From Nemertoderma westbladi (lineage: Eukaryota; Animalia; Xenacoelomorpha), in NCBI GenBank assembly GCA_032718475.1, contig JAUCBJ010001275.1:1-64000 (forward strand): a stretch of DNA of 64,000 nt, given 5' to 3'. The notes below the pieces were generated by a model, which did no database searches, was not told the origin of the DNA, and worked only from the letters and a program-made list of their open reading frames with translations. Of this stretch, positions 1 to 13,800 are shown in pieces. Positions within the stretch are counted from its first letter, which is position 1, and each line of letters starts with the position of its first letter. The position numbers and the translations under genes are program-made.

Positions 1-450
1 GTCTCATACCTGTTGCTCAGCTGTAGTGTGAAGCTGGATCTCACACTTGGCTGTTGCAACAGAGAGGACCAGTCATGCCGTGGCAAGGCAGATTTCGTTG
101 TTCTGCTAGCACGCAGACTAAGTCTTACCTTGGCCACAATAAGGCGGTGATCACTGGAGAAGGGTCGAAGTGTAAATGCATTACAGTCTTGTATAGAGCT
201 CCTGTATTTCCTACGAAACAGAATATGGTCTATCTGGGACTTGTGACCACTGGGTCCACTATGAGTCCATAGCTTTCCAGTTCGCTTCTTGAACTGGGTT
301 CCAGCCGAAAACAATCCATTTCCAGAGATAAAATCCTGAAGATGGACAGAATTTCGGTTAACACTATTGCTATAGACCCAGGGCGATGTAGGTGATTGAT
401 GCAGACTTGCATTAAAGTCTCCCAGTCTCCCATGCTCAAGCATACCATCC
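1..450 (-). mobile_element. RTE-clade LINE fragment, AP-endonuclease domain (decayed)
   Basis: Manual minus-strand translation gives GDFNAS (~406-424), GKLWTHSGPSGHKSQIDHILFRR (~210-268) and RPFSSDHRL (~141-167), which are LINE APE motifs. Confidence 0.85.
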
Positions 451-469
451 TTTGAGTTTATGCTCATCC

Positions 470-1560
470 GATCAGAGATTTGCTGAGGACTTTCAAAGTT
501 AACTGTCAGAATTTTGGTCTTTCTGGAGTTAATAAAAAGACCAACACTAGAAGCAGCATGTTATAATGAGCTGAGGAGCCGTTGGGCTCCCTCTAATGAT
601 TCTGAGAGTACTCCTAAGTCATCAGCAAAGTCTAGATCAGTTAGGTACTTGGCAGGATTTCCTCGACTTCTGGAGCCAGTAGGTGGAGTTATCATCACCC
701 CATCATCATTATGATGATCTAAGGACATGCGTAGAACATAGTCAACCACAATAATGAACAAGAATGGTGCAAGTGTGTCTCCTTGGAGGACGCCCCATAA
801 CACTTCAAATGGTTCTGTGTCACCGTCAACAGTAGACACAAATGTTGTCAAACCATCGTATACTGATCTGATTGCTGCAATAATATCATCAGGAATCCCA
901 TATAATGAAAGTATGCTGAACATACGTGAGCGAGAGACTGAATCAAAGGCCTTGAAGAAGTCAACAAAGATAACAGCCAGATGCCTGTCTTTCTTTTTTG
1001 ATAATTCTTCAATTATCCTTCTAAGTGCCAAAATGGGCTCCATGGTCCCACGACCTTTACGGAACGCATTCTGATTTCCACGGAGCAGTCTCTCAATGGG
1101 ATCCCTGATGCGATTTAATAGAATCCTATCGTATAGCTTTGCAGCAATCGAGATCAATGAGATTCCCCGAAAAGAACCATAGAGTGTTAGGTTGCCCTTC
1201 TTGGGAACTGGCACCAACTTATTTGTTTTCATTTCTTGTGGGACTCTTGTTGTTCGGTACATGACTACTATGATGGGATAGATGAGCTTTAAACACTCAG
1301 GTATTTTAAAGACATCAGGGGGAACACCATCTACTCCACTGGCACGATTGGTCTTAATGCTCTTTGCAGCATCCTTTACTTCTGCAAAGGAGATATCGCC
1401 AATGGGAATATCTGGGAGTACAGACTCAGACACCTTTACTTCTATAAAGTTATCAGGCAATACCCTGTCATTATTGAGGAGCTTTTCAAAGTGGGCTTTC
1501 CAACCATTGAGGCGATCGGCTGGTGATTCAGCCTTAACCTTGGTGGTTGGTTGGCTTTTT
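470..1560 (-). mobile_element. RTE-clade LINE fragment, reverse transcriptase domain
   Basis: ORF 561..1601: ASGVDG, PVPKKG, FRGISL, QNAFRKGR, FVDFFKAFDSV, GVLQGDTLAPFLF, DLDFADD. After a stop it continues AASSVGLFINSRKTK. Confidence 0.92.
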
Positions 1561-1785
1561 ACCGCCCCCCCGTCCCCGGAAATATACAGTAGAACCACCA
1601 CCAGATATTATCAGCTGTTCTGACGATGACTCTATGAGAGTCCCAGATCAACCTCCTGAACCATATACTCTTGGCGCCTATGTTCATGTGGTGTAAATGG
1701 AAGGGACATTACGATGGCGACATTGATGTATTTTGAGGAGTGGTTGTATTTGAGTGACTGATAAATGGTAGGTGATTGTTTGAAT

Positions 1786-3292
1786 GATGTCGGCGTGCGA
1801 TTGGTTGACTGGGAGATGCCGGCGTGCGATTGGTTGACTGAGAGATGTCGGCGTGCGATTGGTTGACTGGGAGATGTCGGCGTGCGATTGGTTGACTGAG
1901 AGATGTCGGCGTGCGATTGGTTGACTGAGAGATGTCGGCGTGCGATTGGTTGACTGAGAGATGTCGGCGGGCGATTGGTTGACTGAGAGATGTCGGCGTG
2001 CGATTGGTTGACTGGGAGATGTCGGCGTGCGATTGGTTGACTGAGAGATGTCGGCGTGCGATTGGTTGACTGAGAGATGTCGGCGTGCGATTGGTTGACT
2101 GGGAGATGTCGGCGTGTGATTGGTTGACTGGGAGATGTCGGCGGGCGATTGGTTGACTGAGAGATGTCGGCGTGCGATTGGTTGACTGAGAGATGTCGGC
2201 GGGCGGTTGGTTGACTGAGAGATGCCGGCGTGCGATTGGTTGACTAAGAGATGTCGGCGTGCGATTGGTTGACTGGGAGATGTCGGCGTGCGATTGGTTG
2301 ACTGAGAGATGTCGGCGTGCGATTGGTTGACTGAGAGATGTCGGCGTGCGATTGGTTGACTGAGAGATGTCGGCGGGCGATTGGTTGACTGAGAGATGTC
2401 GGCGTGCGATTGGTTGACTGGGAGATGTCGGCGTGCGATTGGTTGACTGAGAGATGTCGGCGTGCGATTGGTTGACTGAGAGATGTCGGCGTGCGATTGG
2501 TTGACTGGGAGATGTCGGCGTGTGATTGGTTGACTGGGAGATATCGGCGGGCGATTGGTTGACTGAGAGATGTCGGCGTGCGATTGGTTGACTGAGAGAT
2601 GTCGGCGGGCGGTTGGTTGACTGAGAGATGTCGGCGTGCGATTGGTTGACTGGGAGATGTCGGCGTGTGATTGGTTGACTGGGAGATGTCGGCGGGCGAT
2701 TGGTTGACTGAGAGATGTCGGCGTGCGATTGGTTGACTGAGAGATGTCGGCGGGCGGTTGGTTGACTGAGAGATGCCGGCGTGCGATTGGTTGACTAAGA
2801 GATGTCGGCGTGCGATTGGTTGACTGGGAGATGTCGGCGTGCGATTGGTTGGCTGAGAGATGTCGGCGTGCGATTGGTTGACTGAGAGATGTCGGCGTGC
2901 GATTGGTTGACTGAGAGATGTCGGCGGGCGATTGGTTGACTGAGAGATGTCGGCGTGCGATTGGTTGACTGGGAGATGTCGGCGTGCGATTGGTTGACTG
3001 AGAGATGTCGGCGTGCGATTGGTTGACTGAGAGATGTCGGCGTGCGATTGGTTGACTGGGAGATGTCGGCGTGTGATTGGTTGACTGGGAGATGTCGGCG
3101 GGCGATTGGTTGACTGAGAGATGTCGGCGTGCGATTGGTTGACTGAGAGATGTCGGCGGGCGGTTGGTTGACTGAGAGATGTCGGCGTGCGATTGGTTGA
3201 CTGAGAGATGTCGGCGTGCGATTGGTTGACTGGGAGATGTCGGCGTGCGATTGGTTGACTGAGAGATGTCGGCGTGTGATTGATTTACTGGG
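1786..3292. repeat. 29-bp minisatellite (GAGATGTCGGCGTGCGATTGGTTGACTGA/G), about 52 copies, in Csk intron 6
   Basis: Tandem unit read directly; homogeneous, with degenerate edges. Confidence 0.97.
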
Positions 3293-3369
3293 ATATGGCG
3301 GTAGGCATGTCCACACTGCGCCTGGGGTGTAATACTGTATAGTTGTAAGAAATACGTCTGATATTATTA

Positions 3370-3576
<207 letters not shown>

Positions 3577-3634
3577 TTATAAGTTTGTAACATTCATATT
3601 ATAAATAATCTGAGCAATATAAATGACCACGTAC

Positions 3635-3794
3635 CCTGTGGATGTCCTGAGGGCCCCAGATCCAACTCATTGCGATTTATTGACCAACCGGCGTCCTTAA
3701 ACGCAGACGCATCAACAGCAACGTTGAGTTTACCTTTCTTACATATCGGGTTGCCTAGGGGACAAACCAAGCCGTCCGAATCTTTCTTATAATG
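3635..3794 (-). CDS. Csk: Csk coding exon 5 (SH2 end, SH2-kinase linker)
   Basis: ttgcag| HYKKDSDGLVCPLGNPICKKG...AFKDAGWSINRNELDLGPSGHPQ G|GTACGT; 160 nt, phase 0 to phase 1. Confidence 0.9.
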
Positions 3795-6017
3795 CTGCAA
3801 AACAATTATCGGTATCGGAATTATATTTATTCACCATTAAATAATAATAATAAATTGTTACTGTTTTGATACATTTATCTTTGTATTAATGCCATTGCCG
3901 TATGAATGCTTAACATCTTTGAACCCCAACCAGTCATTAGGAACTCTTAACAGGGATTTTTTTTCTAAATATGTTAGTGAAATTTATTAATTAAAATAGT
4001 GATTTCTAAATTTTTTAAACTTGTTTAGAAATATTTCTAAAACTAAATATTTAAAATAATAAATTTAAAATTAAAATTTTACTTTACTTTATACAGAATT
4101 TGAAATAGAAACACCTATAAATCAGAATTTAACATTTAGATATTAGCCATATTTAATCTTTGTTTGTTCATTCAACAATATCGAACCCTCAAATCTGATT
4201 CATCTCCATCAGTTTAATTTGTACCAACTCCTATAATATCAAATACACTCATATTTGTGGTATCGTTTCTACGTAGATTAACATAGTCTGTAATCTCTGT
4301 ATACAATCATCACAGTGAGTGTTTCACTGACATTCCCGTAATTTACAGTGTTTTTATAGCACTTTTAGTGGAAACATGAAAAATAATGGCTGGGTTGATT
4401 AGGTACAGTTAGCTGAGGGTGAGCGGGTCATAGTAAAGGGACCACGTGCGACCGGGTGGATATCCTACCGTGAACTTTAGGCATTCAACATGACATGGGT
4501 GAATGAAAACGGCTAGCTTAGAAGTGCATATAAATGCATCTACATGCGCCTAAATAATGAAGGGTTTTTTTTTTATTTAGCAAGCCGTTTAAGTTCTATA
4601 TTTATGCCTTTCGAATAGTTTGTTATTGGTTACGGTAACAATTTATTATGACTGTATGATAAAATAAAATTACCAATAATCCACCTACAGAATACATTGT
4701 TACTGAAGTAGAAAAGTTAATTTAGCAGCGTGACCATAATTTGAGTCAAATTTTCCTCCAGTTCTAAGTTCTTTATGTGAAAAGAAAAATATAAGCGTTT
4801 AATTGAATTTCAACAACAAAAATTTTCAACGCATTTATATCGTATTTTTTTTCGTTGGCCCTTTCTACTGTGACCATCGCCAATGAGGTGGAGTATTCCT
4901 TCCCAATAACTGGCTTTAGTTTACCAAAGCTGTATTAAATACAGTTAGTAGACCTAATTAGTTTAATATTACGATGGTATTTATGCTTACATGATGTTCC
5001 GTACGTTTGAATAAGTAGAAAACAAGCAATACAGAGCTCAGTAGTGCGGGCCTATACTTTTCACTTTCTCAATTCATTCGCCATTGACCAAATTATTTTG
5101 GTTTCCTAAACAAAATTTAGATTTTCTACATTTTTTCTCACCGTTTAGAAACTTTTCACAGTGAACATTTTGAAAACAAAACCCTGTTAGGAAGGTTCAT
5201 GTAAAAAAACTTATAACAAGGGGATAAACTGTATGTTCTTCGTATTAGAAAATGGGTCATTTATCTCTTTGCTATGGCTGGTCTTTGAAATAGCTGCAAG
5301 TACAAGAGCAGCCGCTATTTCGACTACGTTCTTACAGCTCGCAGTAACTTTTTGAATCTGCTCGTTTGTAGTTGTGTGCTGTGTGGGGCGAGCCACGAAG
5401 TTGGTGGAGCCTTAGCAAACGACATGGGGAGTGTGTCAAATTTTGGCAAATAGTTGTTGTCGACGCCGTTGTAATTTCGATTTTGACATACTAATAACTT
5501 TGTCGGATCTAATGCTGTCGAGTTAAAAAGTTGTAGGCACCAATAAGACCCAACATTTAGATTTTTAGAGACTCTCAGATACCATCAGATCAAGAGTCTC
5601 CGCTAGAGTGCTAACATTTCTAAACATTAAATGTCCTCCCATGCTCGTTCCGTTCAACCTGAAACTTGTCAGATATGTAATAGAACACACACAGCCTGCG
5701 TCTTTATGGGGACGGTAATCGGTCCGCAAGTTGACCAGTCTAACGCTAGAGGGCTAAATATCTCAAGTTAATACCTTCCCTCGTTTCGTTAGTTGTAATC
5801 CGTTCAAGTTGAAACTTGGCTGATTTACAACATATGAGCTAGACCGTCCGCGTCCGCGTCCATAGACTGTGTTTTTGTAAGGACTCTAATCCATCTTCAG
5901 TCCTCCAGTCTAACGCTAGTGGGTTAAAATTAAAACGTTTTAGAAATGTCTGAAACGACACCTCCGGCCCTTTCGTATCGTATTATTGCTTAGTCCTTTC
6001 TTCCTGATTGATACCTT

Positions 6018-6403
6018 AGTGCTTAAACTGTATACCGATTTTCGGGATCGGGATTGTAATTTTGGGTTAAATGTTCTTAACGTTTTCAGTATATGTGGCT
6101 GTGTATAAGTATGTTACAGGTTTTGGGCAACTTTATAATCACATTGATACCCACTGCTAAAATGTTCGTAAGAAAAATTCTAATAATATTAATTTACAAT
6201 TGAGTACTGGATGGTTTACTGACATATTATTTGGATATAAGCAATAAGTTTCTGTTCTGGTGTAACTATTTACCGGATATTCACCAACATTACTTCATTA
6301 TTTATACTTCGGAATCTCGTCCAAAAAAGTCGGTATCGGGAAAGGGATTGCACTTTTTATCGAAATCCTGAGTTTTCGGGATCGGGGTCCCGTTTGAATA
6401 CTA
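6018..6403. mobile_element. MITE with TAGTG(C/T)TTAA-like ends; inverted sister copy at 7225-7467
   Basis: Starts tagtgcttaa, ends ttgaatacta; internal 6255-6310 is the reverse complement of about 7290-7346. Confidence 0.55.
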
Positions 6404-7224
6404 GATTTATAGCGTTCTCTAGCTGTTCCTACCGGAACAGGGATTTCAAATGCCGGAATATTTCGTCTGTAATTCCAGCAGGAAACCGTAATTAATAATT
6501 ATCATAAAATAAAGCCTGGATCTCAAATGATTCAGGAAATAGTTAGATAGTTAGGGAAGCAACGGAGCTCCGGCTCCTAAGCGAGATGCAGGTAAATTAT
6601 TGAGATTGTTGGGTGGATTGGGAGGTTCCTTATTACAGTGCTTTAGAGATGATGTACAAATAAACAATGCGGGTAATATAATGAAATATAATAATAAAGT
6701 AACATTTAAATTCTACTGGTGAACAATTTGTAAAATTTTGTGTTACTGCGACTGTTGTAAGAAAACGAGAATCCTAACGCTATAAAGTGGTACTTTCTTA
6801 AAAGTATGTTAATAATTTTCTCTACTTCTATAACTTATAACTTTCAGGTAAAATTACATGCTCTCTTTTTATCAATGGAGATATACTATAATTCATTCAT
6901 TCAACTACTAACATTTAGTTCGCTATACTGTTAAGTTTTTGACTTATTTATGTATAGTTTAGTTACGAAAAATAATACTCCTCCGCCATTTCTTAAGCGT
7001 TTTTTGGAATTTCATTTTTGTAATTTCATAAGCTTCAATAAAATTCGAGCAGTTTTCTTGATTTCATAATATTTACCCATTTTTTAAATGAAAAATTAGA
7101 AAAAACAGGGGTTTTTTCATTTTTGTAAAATTTTGACTTTTTTTTTTACAAAATTACCAATTATCAGAAATAGAACATGAAAATGAAAAAAGTGGTCGAA
7201 AAATATGATAAAATGGACATGCTG

Positions 7225-7467
7225 TAGTGTTTAAATGGCATCCCGATGCCGAAAACCCGGAATCCCAGCGAAAAATGCAATCCCGATCCCGAAGTATAAA
7301 TAGTGAAGTAAAATTGTTGAATATCTGATAAATAGTTGCACCAGAACGGTAATGCTTTGGTTATATCGAATTTTTATGTGAGTAAACCCGAAAAACGGGA
7401 TCCCGAGAGTGATAATCGCGGTCCCGATCCCGTAAATCCCGATAAGTCTGATCGCGATTAAACACTA
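7225..7467. mobile_element. MITE, TIR TAGTGTTTAA...TTAAACACTA
   Basis: 10-bp terminal inverted repeats and ATCCCG subterminal motifs. Confidence 0.6.
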
Positions 7468-7549
7468 GAAAGACTAGATGTAGGTGTAGGTGTATGATGA
7501 ACATAGTAGCCTTGCCATGGATTTGCTACTCCGATTTTCCAATTATTTT

Positions 7550-9520
7550 ATAATAATAATATAATAATAAAGAATATTCATATTTGGTGTTGCAGGCGTC
7601 CTTAGGGAATATTTACATTATTATCAGGGCGCCTGCAGCCACCGCACTAATTATCTTTACCGGTAAATAAGAAAGTTTCAAGGCTATTTTTAAACTGATC
7701 GTATGACATAACTTTTTCGCTGGATCGCATAAATGATGGTAATTGGTTCCATAGTTTAGGAGCAGAAACATAGAAGGCCTTAGACGCCTGAGTGTTCGTA
7801 ACCAGTGGCGTATAAAGCTTCATCAGACGGTTGGATCGTAGAGCGGGAGAGTCCACAATCGGTGCGATCTCATTTCACAGGTAGGAGGGAGCTGTACCAA
7901 ATAGACTTCTGTACGTAATGCAGGCGATTTTGTAATCAATACGAGACTCAACAGGTAGCCAGTGGAGCGATCTAACAATGCAGTTACTGATGTATACTCG
8001 TATTTTCCATTTATGATTAGATATCGCGGAGAATAAGTAACCAATCGGGCCGCACTGTTTTGTATTGACTTTAAACGTTTCAGAACTGACTTTGAGGATG
8101 TTTTGTGAACCACATTTGAGTAATCAATCCTGCTTGTTATGAACGCGTGGACTAACGTTTCAAGTGCAGGTTTAGTAAGGTAAGGGCGGATTTTATATTA
8201 TGACCTTAAATAGTATTTTGACTTGGCTGCAGTCGCTACTATTTGATCCTTGAATTTTAAATCACTGTCAAAAATAACCCCAAGAGATTTCACCTTTTCA
8301 GAGAAGGAAATTTCAAAGTTTCTATAAGATATTATCTTCGTGTCCATCGGTATTTTCATTCTCTGCTGTTTAGTACCATATAATATCAATTCGGTTTTAT
8401 CAGGGTTAATAAGGAGATGATTGACAGCCATCCAGTCAGCAACGAAATGTAGCGCAGAAGCAATACGAGTTTTCAGTGCCGCAATATCTGATGCATTTCC
8501 TGTCACAAAGAATTGAGTATCATCTGCATAATTTGCACATTTAACACCTAATGCATCTAATCGCCAGAACAAGTCACACATATACACATTATAAAGCGCC
8601 GGTCCCAGGATACTACCCTGTGGGACCCCTGTTCGAAGCAGTGTTTTTTCAGATGCATTATCCTCAATTTTAACCTGTTGATATCTATTCGTTAAGTAAG
8701 ACGCAAAAAGCTTCAGAGCATTCCCAGTAATCCCAAATTCATTATCAAGCTTATATAATAGATTTTTATGATTTACGGTGTCAAATGCAGCACTTAAATC
8801 TATATATGCACACAGAGTGACCTGTTGATTATCTATGCCCTTGAAAAGTTATTGAGTAGAAATAGATTAGCGGTTTCGGTGGAATGGTTCTGCCTGTAGC
8901 CGGACTGAGACTGATGGAAAATTAGCTGTGATGACGTCCTAAATAGTATGGCCTTCTCAATTATCTTCGATAAGAAACTTAGATTGGATACGGGTCGATA
9001 ATTTTTCAGTATCTCAGCATCTAGATCAGGCTTTTTCAGACGAGGTCTTACAATAGACGTTTTTAGAAATGTTGGGAATTCCGCTTCCATTAAAACCATA
9101 TTTACATACATCGTTAAGGGTTGAATCACAACTGGAATTATAGATTTAAATAACGGCGTCGGCATACAGTCCAGTTCACATGTTGCATTGGACATCTTAC
9201 TAATAAGTTTAGCCAAGTCGTCCTTGTGAAAAGGCTGAAATTCACAAAAATTTGTTTTGTACAATTTCGGAAGATTATTACATAGGCAGCTCGTTTTGAA
9301 GGTCAATATAATCTTTTAAATTTTTTCGGTAAAAAATTTAGAAAACTTCGTTGCCAGGTCAGCACTACTACCATGAGTGGACGGTAAAACAACATTATCT
9401 GCTTTGCACAATAACCTTTTAAACTGTTTCCATAGAAGTTTCATGTTAGCTGAATTAGTATGTATATAGTCTCGATAATAGGCTCTAGTAGAATCCCGAA
9501 GCGATTTTATTTTCGATTTT
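7550..9520 (-). mobile_element. 5'-truncated L2/CR1-group LINE (ORF2 RT and C-terminus)
   Basis: NYRPVSNLSFLSKIIEK, QSGYRQNHSTETA, GVPQGSILGP (manual, ~8600-8630), YADDTQ, VKSLGVIFDSDL, IQNSAARLV, SAPKLWNQLP; (ATT)n-like 3' tail at ~7550-7570. Confidence 0.9.
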
Positions 9521-10557
9521 CAGAATAGAATAGTTTTTATGTGATGTTGATGTTTCTGTATTTCGATACGACAAAATATCGAGTATTATTTTTGTATCCT
9601 TACTGTTTGATTGCACCGATAAGTATTTCGTACTATTCGCTACTTTGTCGCTACTACTAATTCGTTATTTTAATAGCGTTTTTTTAGTTGGTGTAACTGC
9701 GACAGTATTGATGAAATATGACCGAAGTTCTTGGAAAAATTATTATTATCATCCACTTAATAGTGTTAAATGATTAAACATTACGTTCCACCAGTCCAGT
9801 AGTCAATTAGTTTTATTCGACGTTTTGATATTATTTGTAATTCTTCAGTTAAAAATTAAAAATAAAATTTTAAATCCAAAAATAATACTACCAAACCAGT
9901 AGAATATTTTATAGAACGTATAAACGTACAATTTACCGGCGCCGGAATCTCCATCCGGGATCGGTCAAAAACTACCGGAAATTCGGCCGGGACGGAATTC
10001 CGGTACATCCCTGTCTTTAACGGAGTTCCGTTAACGAGTCCGATACAATGGGATTGAAGTGATCAGGGAACACCCGGCACATACCGGGAGAGGAGGCCCC
10101 ATTTCGTGTAACATGTGTTAATTAGTGAACAACATGACCAGTAATATAGAGTAACAGTTTTAAAGTGTAATTTTGTTGTTTCTGCTAGCTGCAGCGGCAA
10201 TGACATGAAATTATTAACATTGCCTAACCACAGAAATCCTAAACTTAAATTATTATGAGACCCCTCCTCATACAATGTAAAACACATTGTATATGTATAA
10301 ATTTTGTATAAATAAAATATAATTAATTATTGTCATAAAAGGAATTGGAAACATACATTCTTCTAGTTAATAAGTAAGCCAATCTCAAAATGTTTGTGGA
10401 ATGGAAATATATATTGATTATATTCTATAAAAAAGATAAAAATATTTACTGATAATAAAGTAATAATAATAAAAATAAAAAAAAATAAAAAGTAAAATAA
10501 TAAAACATCGTCTATATTAATACATTTAGTTAGATGACATAATAGATATGAACTGAC

Positions 10558-10703
10558 CTCAACAAGTTTACTTAAATTTTCAAAGAAAGATTCATCATCT
10601 ATTGTAAATTGATTGTCTTTGTAAGTGATGTGGTAGTGTTCCACTTTCTCATTGTAGCACACACATAGGGTGTAGTCACCAGGGTAGTTATTCGATTCCC
10701 TCA
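10558..10703 (-). CDS. Csk: Csk coding exon 4 (SH2 core)
   Basis: catag| (V)[48 protein letters not shown] |GTCAGT; 146 nt, phase 1 to phase 0; matches Csk [15 protein letters not shown]. Confidence 0.93.
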
Positions 10704-10874
10704 CTATGGGATTAATCCAGTATTAAATGGGAAATTTGCGATTCGATTTAATGAAATCTAACACATAAAGTAATATCCCTATATTCAATAAACTATGTTA
10801 TCCACTAATGACGTTATCCAACATAATTTATTTTACATTTTTAATAACACAAACAATATGTTGTTAATAGCATT

Positions 10875-13800
10875 CGGAGGTTCTAGTAACTCCAACTAAC
10901 CCAAAAAGAAACCGTTCACCGGAGGTTCTAGTAACTCCAACTAACCCAAAAAGAAACCGTTCACCGGAGGTTCTAGTAACTCCAACTAACCCAAAAAGGA
11001 ACCGTTCACCGGAGGTTCTAGTAACACCAACTAACCCAAAAAGAAACCGTTCACCGGAGGTTCTAGTAACTCCAACTAACCCAAAAACAAACCGTTCAAC
11101 GGAGGTTCTAGTAACTCCAACTAATCCAAAAAGAAACCGTTCACCGGAGGTTCTAGAACTCCAACTAACCCAAAAAGAAACCGTTCACCGGAGGTTCTAG
11201 TAACTCAAACTAACCCAAAAAAAACCGTTCACCGGAGGTTCTAGTAACTCCAACTAACCCAAAAAGAAACCATTCACCGGAGGTTCTAGTAACTCCAACT
11301 AACCCAGAAAGAAACCGTTCACTGGAGGTTCTAGTAACTCCAACTAACCCAAAAAGAAACCGTTCACCGGTTCTAGTAACTCCAACTAACCCAAAAAGAA
11401 ACCGTTCACCGGAGGTTCTAGAACTCCAACTAACCCAAAAAGAAACCGTTCACCGGAGGTTCTAGAACTCCAACTAACCCAAAAAGAAACCGTTCACCGG
11501 TTCTAGTAACTCCAACTAACCCAAAAAGAAACCGTTCACCGGAGGTTCTAGAACTCCAACTAACCCAAAAAGAAACCGTACACCGGAGGTTCTAGTAACT
11601 CCAACTAACCCAAAAAGAAACCGTTCACCGGAGGTTCTAGAACTCCAACTAACCCAAAAAGAAACCGTTCACCGGAGGTTCTAGAACTCCAACTAACCCA
11701 GAAAGAAACCGTTCACCGGAGGTTCTAGTAACTCCAACTAACCCAAAAAGAAACCGTTCACCGGAGGTTCTAGTAACTCCAACTAACCCAAAAAGAAACC
11801 GTTCACCGGTTCTAGTAACTCCAACTAACCCAAAAAGAAACCGTTCACCGGAGGTTCTAGAACTCCAACTAACCCAAAAAGAAACCGTTCACCGGAGGTT
11901 CTAGTAACTCCAACTAACCCAAAAAGAAACCGTTCACCGGAGGTTCTAGAACTCCAACTAACCCAAAAAGAAACCGTTCACCGGAGGTTCTAGAACTCCA
12001 ACTAACCCAAAAAGAAACCGTTCACCGGAGGTTCTAGTAACTCCAACTAACCCAAAAAGAAACCGTTCACCGGAGGTTCTAGAACTCCAACTAACCCAAA
12101 AAGAAACCGTTCACCGGAGGTTCTAGAACTCCAACTAACCCAGAAAGAAACCGTTCACCGGAGGTTCTAGTAACTCCAACTAACCCAAAAAGAAACGGTT
12201 CACGGGTTCTAGTAACTCCAACTAACCCAAAAAGAAACCGTTCACCGGAGGTTCTAGAACCCCAACTAACCCAAAAAGAAACCGTACACCGGAGGTTCTA
12301 GTAACTCCAACTAACCCAAAAAGAAACCGTTCACCGGAGGTTCTAGTAACTCCAACTAACCCAAAAAGAAACCGTTCACCGGAGGTTCTAGTAACTCCAA
12401 CTAACCCAGAAAGAAACCGTTCACCGGAGGTTCTAGTAACTCCAACTAACCCAAAAAGAAACCGTTCACCGGAGGTTCTAGTAACTCCAACTAACCCAAA
12501 AAGAAACCGTTCACCGGAGGTTCTAGTAACTCCAACTAACCCAAAAAGAAACCGTTCACCGGAGGTTCTAGTAACTCCAACTAACCCAAAAAGAAACCGT
12601 TCACCGGTTCTAGTAACTCCAACTAACCCAAAAAGAAACCGTTCACCGGAGGTTCTAGAACTCCAACTAACCCAAAAAGAAACCGTACACCGGAGGTTCT
12701 AGTAACTCCAACTAACCCAAAAAGAAACCGTTCACCGGAGGTTCTAGAACTCCAACTAACCCAAAAAGAAACCGTTCACCGGAGGTTCTAGAACTCCAAC
12801 TAACCCAGAAAGAAACCGTTCACCGGAGGTTCTAGTAACTCCAACTAACCCAAAAAGAAACCGTTCACCGGAGGTTCTAGTAACTCCAACTAACCCAAAA
12901 AGAAACCGTTCACCGGTTCTAGTAACTCCAACTAACCCAAAAAGAAACCGTTCACCGGAGGTTCTAGAACTCCAACTAACCCAAAAAGAAACCGTTCACC
13001 GGAGGTTCTAGTAACTCCAACTAACCCAAAAAGAAACCGTTCACCGGAGGTTCTAGTAACTCCAACTAACCCAAAAAGAAACCGTTCACCGGAGGTTCTA
13101 GAACTCCAACTAACCCAAAAAGAAACCGTTCACCGGAGGTTCTAGTAACTCCAACTAACCCAAAAAGAAAGCGTTCACCGGAGGTTCTAGTAACACCAAC
13201 TAACCCAAAAAGAAACCGTTCACCGGTGGTTCTAGTAACTCCAACTAACCCAAAAAGAAAAGGTTCACCGGAGGTTCTAGTAACTCCAACTAACCCAAAA
13301 AGAAACCATTCACCGGAGGTTCTAGTAACTCCAGCTAACCCAAAAAGAAACCGTTCACCGGAGGTTCTAGTAACTCAAACTAACCCAAAAAGAAACCGTT
13401 CACCGGAGGTTGTAGTAACTCCAACTAACCTAAAAAGAAACCGTTCACCGGAGGTTCTAGTAACACCAACTAACCCAAAAAGAAACCGTTCACCGGAGGT
13501 TCTAGTATCTCCAACTAACCCAAAAAGAAACGGTTCACGGGTTCTAGTAACTCCAACTAACCCAAAAAGAAACCGTTCACCGGAGGTTCTAGTAACTCCA
13601 ACTAACCCAAAAAGAAACCGTTCACCGGAGGTTCTAGTAACACCAACTAACCCAAAAAGAAACCGTTCACCGGAGGTTCTAGTAACTCCAACTAACCCAA
13701 AAAGAAACCGTTCATGGGTTCTAGTAACTCCAACTAACCCAAAAAGAAACCGTTCACCGGAGGTTCTAGAACTCCAACTAACCCAAAAAGAAACCGTTCA

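Larger units (their letters stand above)
6420..10013. mobile_element. Older non-autonomous hAT copy (same family as 19516-21144) hosting a MITE and an L2/CR1 insertion
   Basis: Right end reverse-complements to CAGGGATGTACCGGAATTCC; 6425-6495 is a degenerate match to the CCGGAAT subterminal block; no TSD recovered. Confidence 0.5.

Noticed and set aside
1700-1760. Minus-strand cag|T CAC TCA AAT giving RHSN as Csk exon 7
   Set aside because: Similarity stops after four residues and a stop follows; the sequence looks like a degenerate edge unit of the 29-bp array.
2795-3316. 173-aa repetitive ORF
   Set aside because: Translation of the intronic 29-bp minisatellite cycling through frames.
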